Position numbers and translations under genes: made by a program. The notes beneath the pieces were generated by a model. That model did no database searches and was not told the DNA's origin. It saw only the letters and a list, made by a program, of their open reading frames with translations. Shown one piece after another: positions 19,749 to 27,708 of a stretch of DNA of 53,535 bases. Each line of letters starts with the position of its first letter. Positions within the stretch are counted from its first letter, which is position 1. The stretch is from Euryarchaeota archaeon UBA186 (GTDB lineage Archaea > Thermoplasmatota > UBA186): positions 1-53,535 of the forward strand of contig DACJ01000072.1 in assembly GCA_002494765.1 (NCBI GenBank). The letters are read 5' to 3'.

Positions 19749-21016
19749 GTCATTATCTCCTGTCTAAGCTTCTCGGGGAGGCTAATGAGCCCAAAATCGT
19801 TGCTTAGGAGCTCTTCTTTAAACGATTTTACGTTTATCCCAGCTCTCATCAGGTTCAGTAGAACTCCCGCCCCCTCGATTTCATTCATAAGGATCATGCC
19901 TACCACTCGATCGTCCTTGAGCGCTATCCTACGGTAGTTTCCATCTCCGCAGATCTTTTTGAAAACCTCATCATCTCCGTTCTCTGTGATGCTTCCGGCC
20001 ACTATGATTCTGAGGCCGAAGAAGTGCATCGAATTCATGTTCGTGCCCCAGCGGTATTCCCTCTCAACACCACACATGTTGAAGCCCGCGACTCTTCCTC
20101 CAGCGTACGCAGTAGGCCATATGGGCAGGAGCCTAAAATCGCCCTGTAGAAAGTCATAATCCTCTGCGCAGTCGCCACACGCATAAACATCATTAACCGA
20201 AGTTCTCATTCGCCTATCCACAACTATCCCCCGGTTCACCCGCACACCGGTGTCGCGCGCAAGTTCGACCCTGGGTCTAACGCCAGCACCGATGATGAGA
20301 AGATCACATGGTAGTATCGTCCCATCGTCAAGAACAGCGGTCTCAACGCTCTCCTCGCCTACGACCTCCACGATTCTGCGGCCTGTTGATATCTTTAAAC
20401 TTTTTTCCTCCAGATGTTCTTCGACCAGGTGAGATGCCGTTTCATCGAGGACTCCTGGGAGCAGACTCCCCGCGAGCTCGACGACCGTTACCTCTATACC
20501 GTTTTCCGCCAACGCTTCAGCGGCCATTAGGCCTGTTAGACCGCCGCCAAGAACGGCCGCCCTTTCTGCAATTCCGGATTCGATCTTTTTCTTTATCTTC
20601 ATCGCGTCATCGAGAGAGGAAAAGGTAAAAAATCCATCCTTGGGCCTCTCCTTGTCCAGGCCTTTCATTTGTGGTATGAAGGGCGCGGCGCCAGTCGCCA
20701 GTAAAAGTTTTTTATATCCTATCTTACATCCGTCTTCCATCTCCGCCTTTCTATCCTTAAAATCTATTTTTATTACCTTTTTGCCCAGAAACGGCAGGAT
20801 GTCGTTTTTCTCATAGAAGTTCGCATCCCTGTAATACATCTTCTCCAGGTCGATTCTTCCAGCGATGAAGTAGGGGATAAGAGCTCTCGAGTACACCCGG
20901 TGAGGCTCCTCCGAGACCATGACGATTTTTCCTACTTTGTCGATCTCCCTTATCGCCTCTGAAGCTGCGACTCCTCCGACCGAATTCCCTATGATCAGAT
21001 ACTTACAATGCATCAT
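19745..21016 (-). CDS. FAD/NAD(P)-dependent pyridine-nucleotide-disulfide-family oxidoreductase
   Basis: 423 aa. KYLIIGNSVGGVAA (FAD Rossmann), AAVLGGGLTGLMAAEAL (NAD(P) Rossmann), ACGDCAE. Embedded between the ferredoxin and gltB genes with overlapping ends. Confidence 0.7.
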   Translation of the reverse strand: MMHCKYLIIGNSVGGVAASEAIREIDKVGKIVMVSEEPHRVYSRALIPYFIAGRIDLEKMYYRDANFYEKNDILPFLGKKVIKIDFKDRKAEMEDGCKIGYKKLLLATGAAPFIPQMKGLDKERPKDGFFTFSSLDDAMKIKKKIESGIAERAAVLGGGLTGLMAAEALAENGIEVTVVELAGSLLPGVLDETASHLVEEHLEEKSLKISTGRRIVEVVGEESVETAVLDDGTILPCDLLIIGAGVRPRVELARDTGVRVNRGIVVDRRMRTSVNDVYACGDCAEDYDFLQGDFRLLPIWPTAYAGGRVAGFNMCGVEREYRWGTNMNSMHFFGLRIIVAGSITENGDDEVFKKICGDGNYRRIALKDDRVVGMILMNEIEGAGVLLNLMRAGINVKSFKEELLSNDFGLISLPEKLRQEIMT

Positions 21017-21443
21017 AAGCCTCCACTATCAATGCATCATTCGGGCACTTCTCTACGCATATCGGTTCTTCTCTTCCCTCACACAGGTCGCACTTCAAGA
21101 CCCTATTATGGGCGTCATCACGGATTATCGCGTCATAGGGGCATGCCAGCACGCAACTCCAGCAACCAACACATTTGGATGCATCGTGCTTCACGACGCA
21201 CGTTTCAAGATCTCTGTACAAAGCTCCACTGATGCAGGCATGGACGCAGTTGGGCTCTTCACAATGCCTACATTGAAGAGAGATAGAGATAGGGCCTCTC
21301 TCCTCTACCCGTACCCTGGGGAAGGCGGTCTCACGGAGAAACGCGTTTATTATCTCCTTGGACTTTGAATGCTCTACCTGGCACCAGACCTCGCAAAGTC
21401 GACACCCGATACAGACCTCTTCTCTACAGCGTATCCTTCTCAT
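21003..21443 (-). CDS. poly-ferredoxin-like 4Fe-4S cluster protein
   Basis: Start moved to ATG 21443 (MRRIRCREEV), 2 nt after the glnA stop. Motifs CIGCRLCEVWC, CRHCEEPNCVHAC, CVGCWSCVLACP and CDLCEGREEPICVEKCP. Confidence 0.75.
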   Translation of the reverse strand: MRRIRCREEVCIGCRLCEVWCQVEHSKSKEIINAFLRETAFPRVRVEERGPISISLQCRHCEEPNCVHACISGALYRDLETCVVKHDASKCVGCWSCVLACPYDAIIRDDAHNRVLKCDLCEGREEPICVEKCPNDALIVEAYDAL

Positions 21444-21445
21444 CT

Positions 21446-22780
21446 TCAAAGCACCGGCAGGTATTCCTTCAATTCCCACTCCGTCACCTGGAGGCGATAT
21501 CTATCCCATTCCACCTTCTTAGAGGCGATGAAATTTCTGAAGGTGAAGTCTCCCAGAGTATTCCTGACCAGTTCGCTCTTTTCCGACAGGTTAATCGCCT
21601 CGATCAGGCTTCCCGGCAAGGAGCCTATCCCCTCTCTTCCTCGTTCCTCATGGTTCAAACGGTAAACGTCTTTTTCAATAGGAGGAGGCAGCTCATATCC
21701 GTTCTTTATCCCCTCCAACCCAGCTCCCAACATGACCGAGAATGCAAGGTAAGGGTTGCAGGCTGGATCCGGGCTGCGGAGTTCCACTCTTGTAGCATTT
21801 TCTTTTCCCGGCTTATACATGGGCACTCTCACGAGCGTTGACCTGTTCCTCCGACACCAGGATATGTACACGGGCGCCTCATAATCCGGTACCAGACGCT
21901 TATACGAATTTATCCATTGATTCGTTATGGATGTTATCTCGGGCGCGTGCCTCAACAACCCGGCGATATATTTTTTGCCGATTTCGGAGAGATGATAATC
22001 ATCATCTGGATCGAAGAAGGCGTTTCTGCCGTTTTTGAATAGAGATTGATGTGTATGCATCCCACTTCCATTCGCCATGAGGATGGGCTTTGGCATGAAG
22101 GTGGCATAACATCCATACCTCTGTGCGACCTCCTTTACCACGATTCGGTAAGTCATGACATTATCAGCCATCGTTAGGGCGTCTGTGTACCTGAGATCTA
22201 TCTCATGTTGAGAGGGGGCGACCTCGTGGTGGCTATATTCCACCTCGATACCCATCTCTTCCAAGGTGAGTATGGTATCCCTTCGTAGATCGCTCGCCGC
22301 ATCCAGTGTAGTTAGATCGAAGTACCCCCCCTTGTCCAGAACCGTCGTATCTTCCTCATTCTTAAAATAGAAGTATTCAAGCTCTGGACCGACATAGAAG
22401 GTGTAGCAATCATTTTTCAATCGCTCCAGGTTCCTCTTGAGTATGTACCTTGAATCGCCCTCGTAAGGACTGCCATCGGGCTGTTGGATATAACAGAACA
22501 TCCTCCCAACTCCGTTCTCTTTCGGTCTCCATGGGAGGAGCTGGAAAGTGGAGGAATCCGGTTTTGCGACCATGTCGCTCTCGTCGATCCTGGCAAAGCC
22601 CTTGATGGATGACCCGTCAAAGCCCATTCCCTCATCAAAAGCGGTTTCCAGCTCTCTAGGTGCTATCGCAAAGCTCTTCAACTGACCCAGGATATCAGTG
22701 AACCATAGCCTGATGAACTTCACGTCGTGCTCTTCAACTGCCCTAAACACATCTTCTTTCGTTTTTATATTGTGCATCAT
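21446..22780 (-). CDS. glnA: glutamine synthetase type I
   Basis: 444 aa. FTDILGQLK, GPELEYF, NGSGMHTHQSL and RVELRSPDPACNPYLA motifs. SD GAGAGGA upstream. Confidence 0.9.
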   Translation of the reverse strand: MMHNIKTKEDVFRAVEEHDVKFIRLWFTDILGQLKSFAIAPRELETAFDEGMGFDGSSIKGFARIDESDMVAKPDSSTFQLLPWRPKENGVGRMFCYIQQPDGSPYEGDSRYILKRNLERLKNDCYTFYVGPELEYFYFKNEEDTTVLDKGGYFDLTTLDAASDLRRDTILTLEEMGIEVEYSHHEVAPSQHEIDLRYTDALTMADNVMTYRIVVKEVAQRYGCYATFMPKPILMANGSGMHTHQSLFKNGRNAFFDPDDDYHLSEIGKKYIAGLLRHAPEITSITNQWINSYKRLVPDYEAPVYISWCRRNRSTLVRVPMYKPGKENATRVELRSPDPACNPYLAFSVMLGAGLEGIKNGYELPPPIEKDVYRLNHEERGREGIGSLPGSLIEAINLSEKSELVRNTLGDFTFRNFIASKKVEWDRYRLQVTEWELKEYLPVL

Positions 22781-22830
22781 ATGTCCTCTCTGTCGATACC
22801 ATTGGGCATTAGCTAAGCTAGATATTTAAT

Positions 22831-22839
22831 TTATTTAAG
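22831..22839 (-). promoter_or_regulatory. TATA-box-like CTTAAATAA of the glnA operon
   Basis: About 55 nt upstream of the glnA ATG on the coding strand. Same CTTAAAT core as upstream of amt (35689..35699) and the RHH gene (35812..35822). Confidence 0.45.
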
Positions 22840-22843
22840 AATT

Positions 22844-22925
22844 TTTCATAACTTTTCATGCGATTTCATAACTTTCCGTAAAAATTTCACGATTATCGTA
22901 AAAATTTTATGACTTTTCGTAGCGA
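22844..22925. promoter_or_regulatory. four tandem imperfect 20-21-bp repeats immediately upstream of the glnA TATA box (candidate operator array)
   Basis: Plus-strand units: TTTCATAACTTTTCATGCGA / TTTCATAACTTTCCGTAAAAA / TTTCACGATTATCGTAAAAA / TTTTATGACTTTTCGTAGCGA. TCRTA-like cores recur with about 10-nt phasing. Confidence 0.5.
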
Positions 22926-22959
22926 TCCGTCATTAGAATACTATGGGATGTTTATTCCT

Positions 22960-22985
22960 CTGAGGGGACGTGCGCTGCCCCTCAG
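22960..22985 (-). terminator. 8-bp stem hairpin CTGAGGGG-n10-CCCCTCAG downstream of nifB
   Basis: Perfect inverted repeat read directly, about 40 nt after the nifB stop and upstream of the glnA promoter repeats. No flanking oligo-T, so the terminator role is uncertain. Confidence 0.25.
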
Positions 22986-23025
22986 CCAAATCGAGCCTTC
23001 AACCATTCCGATAATCGTATCCGTG

Positions 23026-23892
23026 TTAGAACTGGCATTTCACGTCATGTCCAAGCCGTCCTACGGCGTCTGCTCGGCATCGCCTGCAATGCACCATCTG
23101 CTTCAAAACTTCTCCGCACTCTCCCTGCTTCCTCCTCAACTCTTCACGTGTAGGGGGCTTTAAACCCGCGAATTTGTATTGCGGTATAAGCGGTATAATA
23201 TTCTGCATGTAGACACCGAGTTCTTTCATCCTCTTCGCCACTTTCACTATCTGTTTGTCGTTTATCCCGGGCATATATACCGTGTTCACCTTGACGATTA
23301 TCTTATATTCTACCGCCTTTCTTATTCCTTCGAGTTGACTCTCCATCAGCACTCTCGCGCCCTCTTCCCCTTTCAAAATATTTCCATGGTAATCCACGAA
23401 AGAGTATATCTTTGCCCCGATCTTCGGATCGACCGCATTCACCGTGACGGTGAGATTTCCAACATCTAGTTCATTCAATATGTCTACCTTTTCCGGGAGT
23501 AAAAGACCGTTCGTACTCAAGCACTTCATCAGATGTGGAAATTTTTCTTTTACCAGCCCTAGCGTCTCGAACGTCTCGTCATTATCCAGAGGTTCCCCAG
23601 GTCCCGCTATCGCTGCGACCTTTATGTACTGAAACTTCTTTATCACCCTCTCCACATAGCTTACCGCTTCCTCCGGCGTGATTACCCTGCTGCAGACGCC
23701 GGGTCTGCTCTCATCAACACAGTCGAAATCTCTTATACAATAATTGCACTGAATGTTGCATTTGGGTGCGACCGGAAGGTGCATCCTGCCGAATATATGA
23801 CAAGCCTTCTCACTGAAGCATGGATGTTCGTTTATTTTTCTAATCTGAGAAGCCAGGAGCTCGGAATCAAACTTCATCCCCATATCCTGCAA
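23026..23892 (-). CDS. nifB: NifB, radical-SAM-domain-only form (no NifX-like C-terminal domain)
   Basis: 288 aa. HPCFSEKACHIFGRMHLPVAPKCNIQCNYCIRDFDC (CxxxCxxC radical-SAM site plus extra cluster ligands), GPGEPL, C-terminal CRRCRADAVG. Last gene of the nif block. Confidence 0.85.
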   Translation of the reverse strand: MQDMGMKFDSELLASQIRKINEHPCFSEKACHIFGRMHLPVAPKCNIQCNYCIRDFDCVDESRPGVCSRVITPEEAVSYVERVIKKFQYIKVAAIAGPGEPLDNDETFETLGLVKEKFPHLMKCLSTNGLLLPEKVDILNELDVGNLTVTVNAVDPKIGAKIYSFVDYHGNILKGEEGARVLMESQLEGIRKAVEYKIIVKVNTVYMPGINDKQIVKVAKRMKELGVYMQNIIPLIPQYKFAGLKPPTREELRRKQGECGEVLKQMVHCRRCRADAVGRLGHDVKCQF

Positions 23893-23910
23893 TATTGTCC
23901 CCTTTTGAAC

Positions 23911-24660
23911 TCAATCATCTTTGCCTGAGGTATCCTTCATCTTACAATAGCATTCCACCGTGCAATGCGGACAATCCTGAAACCCGTGAGAACGATTTTC
24001 ATCGCCTCCGTTAGAGAGCGTCTCCTTTGATGACACTTCCCGGACTTTGCCGCTGTTCAAAATTACAAACCTGTCGCCCATCTCCTTCGCATCGGTCAGG
24101 TCATGCGTGACGAATATCGTCGTGACCCCCAATTCCCTTTGTATCTGGCGGATCTCTTCCCTCAGGCATCTGCACATCCCGATGTCCAGACTGTTAAAAG
24201 GTTCGTCAAGAAGCAGCACCTCTGGAGAGGAAGCGAACACCCTGGCAAGAGCTACTCGCTGTTTCTCACCGCCGCTAAGATTTTTGGGGTACGTATGTCT
24301 TATATGCTCTATCTTCATCAACTCTAACAACTCGTCTACTTCACGCGCGATTTTTCCCGTCTTTTTTCTCTTTAACCTTATGCTATAACCGACGTTGGAG
24401 GCGACGTCGAGATGAGGGAACAACGCCAGATTCTGAAATAGATAGCCAATCCGTCGCTCATTTGTCGGGACTCCGTCAACTGGACTGCCATCGAAGAGAA
24501 CCGTTCCCTCGTAATCCGTCAATCCTGCGATAACATTGAGCAAAGTGGTTTTTCCGGAGCCGTTTGGACCCAAAATTACCAGCAGTTCTCCGTTGGGCAC
24601 CTTCACATTCAGATCCCTTAACGCATAATTTTTGATCTTTTTCAATTCGATGTCTGGCAT
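23911..24660 (-). CDS. ABC transporter ATP-binding protein (NitT/TauT-type) with Cys/His-rich C-terminal tail
   Basis: 249 aa. GPNGSGKTT (Walker A), LSGGEKQRVALAR (signature), LLLDEP (Walker B). The tail HGFQDCPHCTVECYCKMKD replaces any TOBE-type domain. Confidence 0.85.
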   Translation of the reverse strand: MPDIELKKIKNYALRDLNVKVPNGELLVILGPNGSGKTTLLNVIAGLTDYEGTVLFDGSPVDGVPTNERRIGYLFQNLALFPHLDVASNVGYSIRLKRKKTGKIAREVDELLELMKIEHIRHTYPKNLSGGEKQRVALARVFASSPEVLLLDEPFNSLDIGMCRCLREEIRQIQRELGVTTIFVTHDLTDAKEMGDRFVILNSGKVREVSSKETLSNGGDENRSHGFQDCPHCTVECYCKMKDTSGKDD

Positions 24661-24663
24661 GAC

Positions 24664-25413
24664 CTACCTCCACCCATCTGTCAGTCTCTTCTCTATATAT
24701 TGAAAAAATCGATCAAAGGAGAAACACATCAACGAAAGCACCATCAGGCAGACTATTATAACATCCACCCTGAGGAGACTCTCTGACTTCATCATTAAAG
24801 CCCCTATGCCCATGGGAATTGCGACCATCTCTGCCGCTACCACTACCCTCCATGCCATGCCGGCTTCCAGCCTCAGCCCGGTAAAGATATTTGGCACCGC
24901 CAGGGGCAAGATGACCGTGGTTAGAACCTCTCCATCTGATGCACCAAGAGTTTTTGCCGCTTTGATGACGTTTCCATCAACACCTTTAATGCCCGTAATC
25001 GTGTTGTAGAGGACGGGGAAGAAGGAACATAGAAATATCAATATGATAGGCAACATGTCGTTTATCCCCACCCAAATCATCAAAAGCGGCGCCCAACCAA
25101 GTGCCGGAATGGGATAAAGCAAGCTGAAGATCGGATGTAGCGCCCTGTTTACGATCTCTTTGCAGCCCATTTCGATTCCAACTACAATGCCTGCGACAGA
25201 ACCAAACAGGAAGCCAGCCAATACTCTGAACAGACTGCTCAGGAGATTTTCGAATAAAACACCACTAACCGCCAAGTGATAAAACTCCTCCATCACGGCG
25301 GAGAAAGAAGGAAATATATATCCCGGTAACAGGTTCAGTCGAGCGATGCTCTCCCACATTATAATAAGGGCGATGACCGGTACTATTCCGACCATTACGC
25401 TCCTAAGTTTCAT
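24664..25413 (-). CDS. ABC transporter permease (binding-protein-dependent, NitT/TauT-type)
   Basis: 249 aa, about six hydrophobic segments. Overlaps the SBP gene end by 11 nt, and the ATPase gene follows 3 nt later. Confidence 0.8.
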   Translation of the reverse strand: MKLRSVMVGIVPVIALIIMWESIARLNLLPGYIFPSFSAVMEEFYHLAVSGVLFENLLSSLFRVLAGFLFGSVAGIVVGIEMGCKEIVNRALHPIFSLLYPIPALGWAPLLMIWVGINDMLPIILIFLCSFFPVLYNTITGIKGVDGNVIKAAKTLGASDGEVLTTVILPLAVPNIFTGLRLEAGMAWRVVVAAEMVAIPMGIGALMMKSESLLRVDVIIVCLMVLSLMCFSFDRFFQYIEKRLTDGWR

Positions 25414-26338
25414 ACTCCCCTAAGAATCTTGTATCGAGGATGTCCTCTGCCCTAAACCCTTCCTCGATATAACCCAATTTCGCCATGTAATCTATCATCT
25501 CCTGAATGGACCCTGCATCGACATCGGTCGTGTAGTCCAGTCTAGACATCGATTTGCTGATGATCTCGGGGGTCGAACCCAGTGCCTCTGCGATAATGCG
25601 GGCGGCTTCTTCCGGGTTCTCGTTTATCCAGTTAGTTGCCTTTTGCGTGACCCTCACCAGTTTTCTCACTGTTTCCGGATCGTTCTTTATGAGGCCCGTT
25701 TTCACGACAAGGACGCTTCCCGGCATATCTTGCCATAAATCCTGACTTTTTATAAGCATGCGAAAACCTCGGGACTCGGCGGCGGTCGCATGGTGTTCTG
25801 GAAGAAACGCAGCATCCAACCGCCCGGTCGCTAACGCAGTAACCTGCGCCGGCGGGTTCATACGGCGAATCTTGACATCTTCGAGGCCATATTCTGCGAT
25901 CAGACGGTTGAGGAGTATGTCCACCATTCCGCCCTCTCTCACGCAACCTATGGTTTTACCCCTCAGATCAGAGATGTTCGTTATGTAAGGGCGAGAAACC
26001 AGACCATAACCGTACATATGAGTCCCGGCGACGATCTTTATCGGGACACCTCTGGAATAGGCCAGTATGGCTGGAGAGAGGCAGATGTAGGCGACCTGGA
26101 TATCCCCTCTAGCTATGGCACTGGCAAGTCGCATTCCAGTGGTATAGCTCTCATATGTGGTAAAATCGATTCCCTCATCATTATACCACCCCTTCTCTTT
26201 TGCTACGTAGGCAGATGCAGCATGGTCATTAAATTCCACCGCCATACCGATAGCGGTCTCTTGTTCTTGCAGACAGCTGATTGCAAAAACTGCTACGCAG
26301 ATTACCCCAGCTATAATGCAAATCAGACGTATCTTCAT
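25403..26338 (-). CDS. ABC transporter substrate-binding protein, NMT1/SsuA-like (nitrate/sulfonate/bicarbonate family)
   Basis: Track ORF starts with TTG at 26347. The ATG at 26338 gives MKIRLICIIAGVICVAVFAISC (signal/lipobox-like). The body resembles SsuA/NMT1-type binding proteins, not ModA/WtpA/TupA. Confidence 0.7.
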   Translation of the reverse strand: MKIRLICIIAGVICVAVFAISCLQEQETAIGMAVEFNDHAASAYVAKEKGWYNDEGIDFTTYESYTTGMRLASAIARGDIQVAYICLSPAILAYSRGVPIKIVAGTHMYGYGLVSRPYITNISDLRGKTIGCVREGGMVDILLNRLIAEYGLEDVKIRRMNPPAQVTALATGRLDAAFLPEHHATAAESRGFRMLIKSQDLWQDMPGSVLVVKTGLIKNDPETVRKLVRVTQKATNWINENPEEAARIIAEALGSTPEIISKSMSRLDYTTDVDAGSIQEMIDYMAKLGYIEEGFRAEDILDTRFLGEYET

Positions 26339-26418
26339 CTCATGCAAACCTCCTGAAAGCTATACCTCCTTTTAAAATATACTTTGGAGAGGCGAGATCC
26401 CTTATAAACAGGTAAGAT

Positions 26419-27708
26419 CTATCCATGTTGTCCGTACCTGTCCAGAATCGCGTTCGTGATAAGGTCCGCGAGATATATCCCACCACGATATCCAGTGATC
26501 CCATGCCTCTGATAACCAATCCTGTCGGACACGGGAAATCCGCATCTGATGAACGCGAGTTTTTCTTTGTCTGCTATCAATTTGCAATGAGTATTTCCAA
26601 AAAGGATTTCGGGGCATACCATTTCAACCGCAAGTTGCAACTCGTACAAATCTCTTCCATTCAAAATCTCCCCGTCGGTTATTCCTTTTGCTCTCCGTAA
26701 AAACTTCCCGCTTGCCGTGCTACTTGAAATAATGACTGGATCCATCCCAAGTTCCGATACGAATTCGGCTATAGCTAGCGAAATATCCGGATCCCCATAT
26801 ATCGCGGCACGCTTCCCGTAGGTGTACTGGTGCACATCGACCATCGCATCAATGAGCCTCCCACGCTCCTTCTCAAGGGAATATGGTACCTCTACACCTG
26901 TCATATTGCACAGGGAATCCAAAAATCTGTCCGTATTGACGACTCCGACTGGACAGACGCTATCTGCCGTCATCCCATATTTTCCGCTCAAAAATTTTGC
27001 GGCAGTCCCGCCCGCATGATCGCATAGAGAGATAACACCACATGCTTTCGCGGAATTAACCAGTTCATCGATGGAAGTCCCCCCTTCCGGAAACGGTGGC
27101 TTTGGGAGTATCAGAGGGGCATCGAGCGTCTCTGAAATATCGCTGATAACGGTATGTGGAACGCGCATCAAATCAAGGATATGCTTCACCTCGCAGACGT
27201 CGCCGGGATTGATCATGCCCGGTATGATGTTTACCCTGTCTTCCCCACCATCTTCAGATGCCGAGTTACCTGAAAGGTCGGCAACTAGCGACTTCAACGC
27301 ATTGTCATACCCCGTGACGTGTGATCCAACATAACTCGGCGTATGGATTGGGATCACTTTGGATTTCCCAAAATCCCCTCCTCTAATGGCTCCCTCTATA
27401 TCATCACCTATGGTCTCGGAAAGACACGTCGTAATTACCCCTATGAGATCTGGGTGTCGCCTGGCGATCACATTCTCTATTGACGCGACGAGGTTCTCGG
27501 CGCCACCAAATACGGCAGCATCTTCTCCAAGAGCGCTCACGGCGACCTGCACGGGCTCTCTAAAATGACGATTGAACATCCGCATAGGGTATGCGGCGCA
27601 TCCCTGTGAACCGTGGACGAGGGGGGCCGCTGCATGAATGCCGAAAAGAGCATACATGGCCCCTATCGGCTGGCACATCTTAGCCGGGTTAATAGTTACG
27701 CTTCGCAT
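26419..27708 (-). CDS. nifK: nitrogenase MoFe-protein beta chain-like, short form
   Basis: 429 aa. INPAKMCQPIGAMYA, VHGSQGCAAY, NRHFREP, EDAAVFGG, TTCLSETIGDD and TPSYVGSHVTGYDN match NifK P-cluster contexts. 13-nt overlap with nifD. Confidence 0.85.
   Translation of the reverse strand: MRSVTINPAKMCQPIGAMYALFGIHAAAPLVHGSQGCAAYPMRMFNRHFREPVQVAVSALGEDAAVFGGAENLVASIENVIARRHPDLIGVITTCLSETIGDDIEGAIRGGDFGKSKVIPIHTPSYVGSHVTGYDNALKSLVADLSGNSASEDGGEDRVNIIPGMINPGDVCEVKHILDLMRVPHTVISDISETLDAPLILPKPPFPEGGTSIDELVNSAKACGVISLCDHAGGTAAKFLSGKYGMTADSVCPVGVVNTDRFLDSLCNMTGVEVPYSLEKERGRLIDAMVDVHQYTYGKRAAIYGDPDISLAIAEFVSELGMDPVIISSSTASGKFLRRAKGITDGEILNGRDLYELQLAVEMVCPEILFGNTHCKLIADKEKLAFIRCGFPVSDRIGYQRHGITGYRGGIYLADLITNAILDRYGQHG

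Noticed and set aside
22781-22960. Search for NrpR-type operators (GGAA-N6-TTCC) in the glnA, nifH (30598..30811) and amt (35641..35855) upstream regions
   Set aside because: No match seen in any of the three regions. The closest match (GGAAGGGGAAATTGG near 30790) lacks the TTCC arm.
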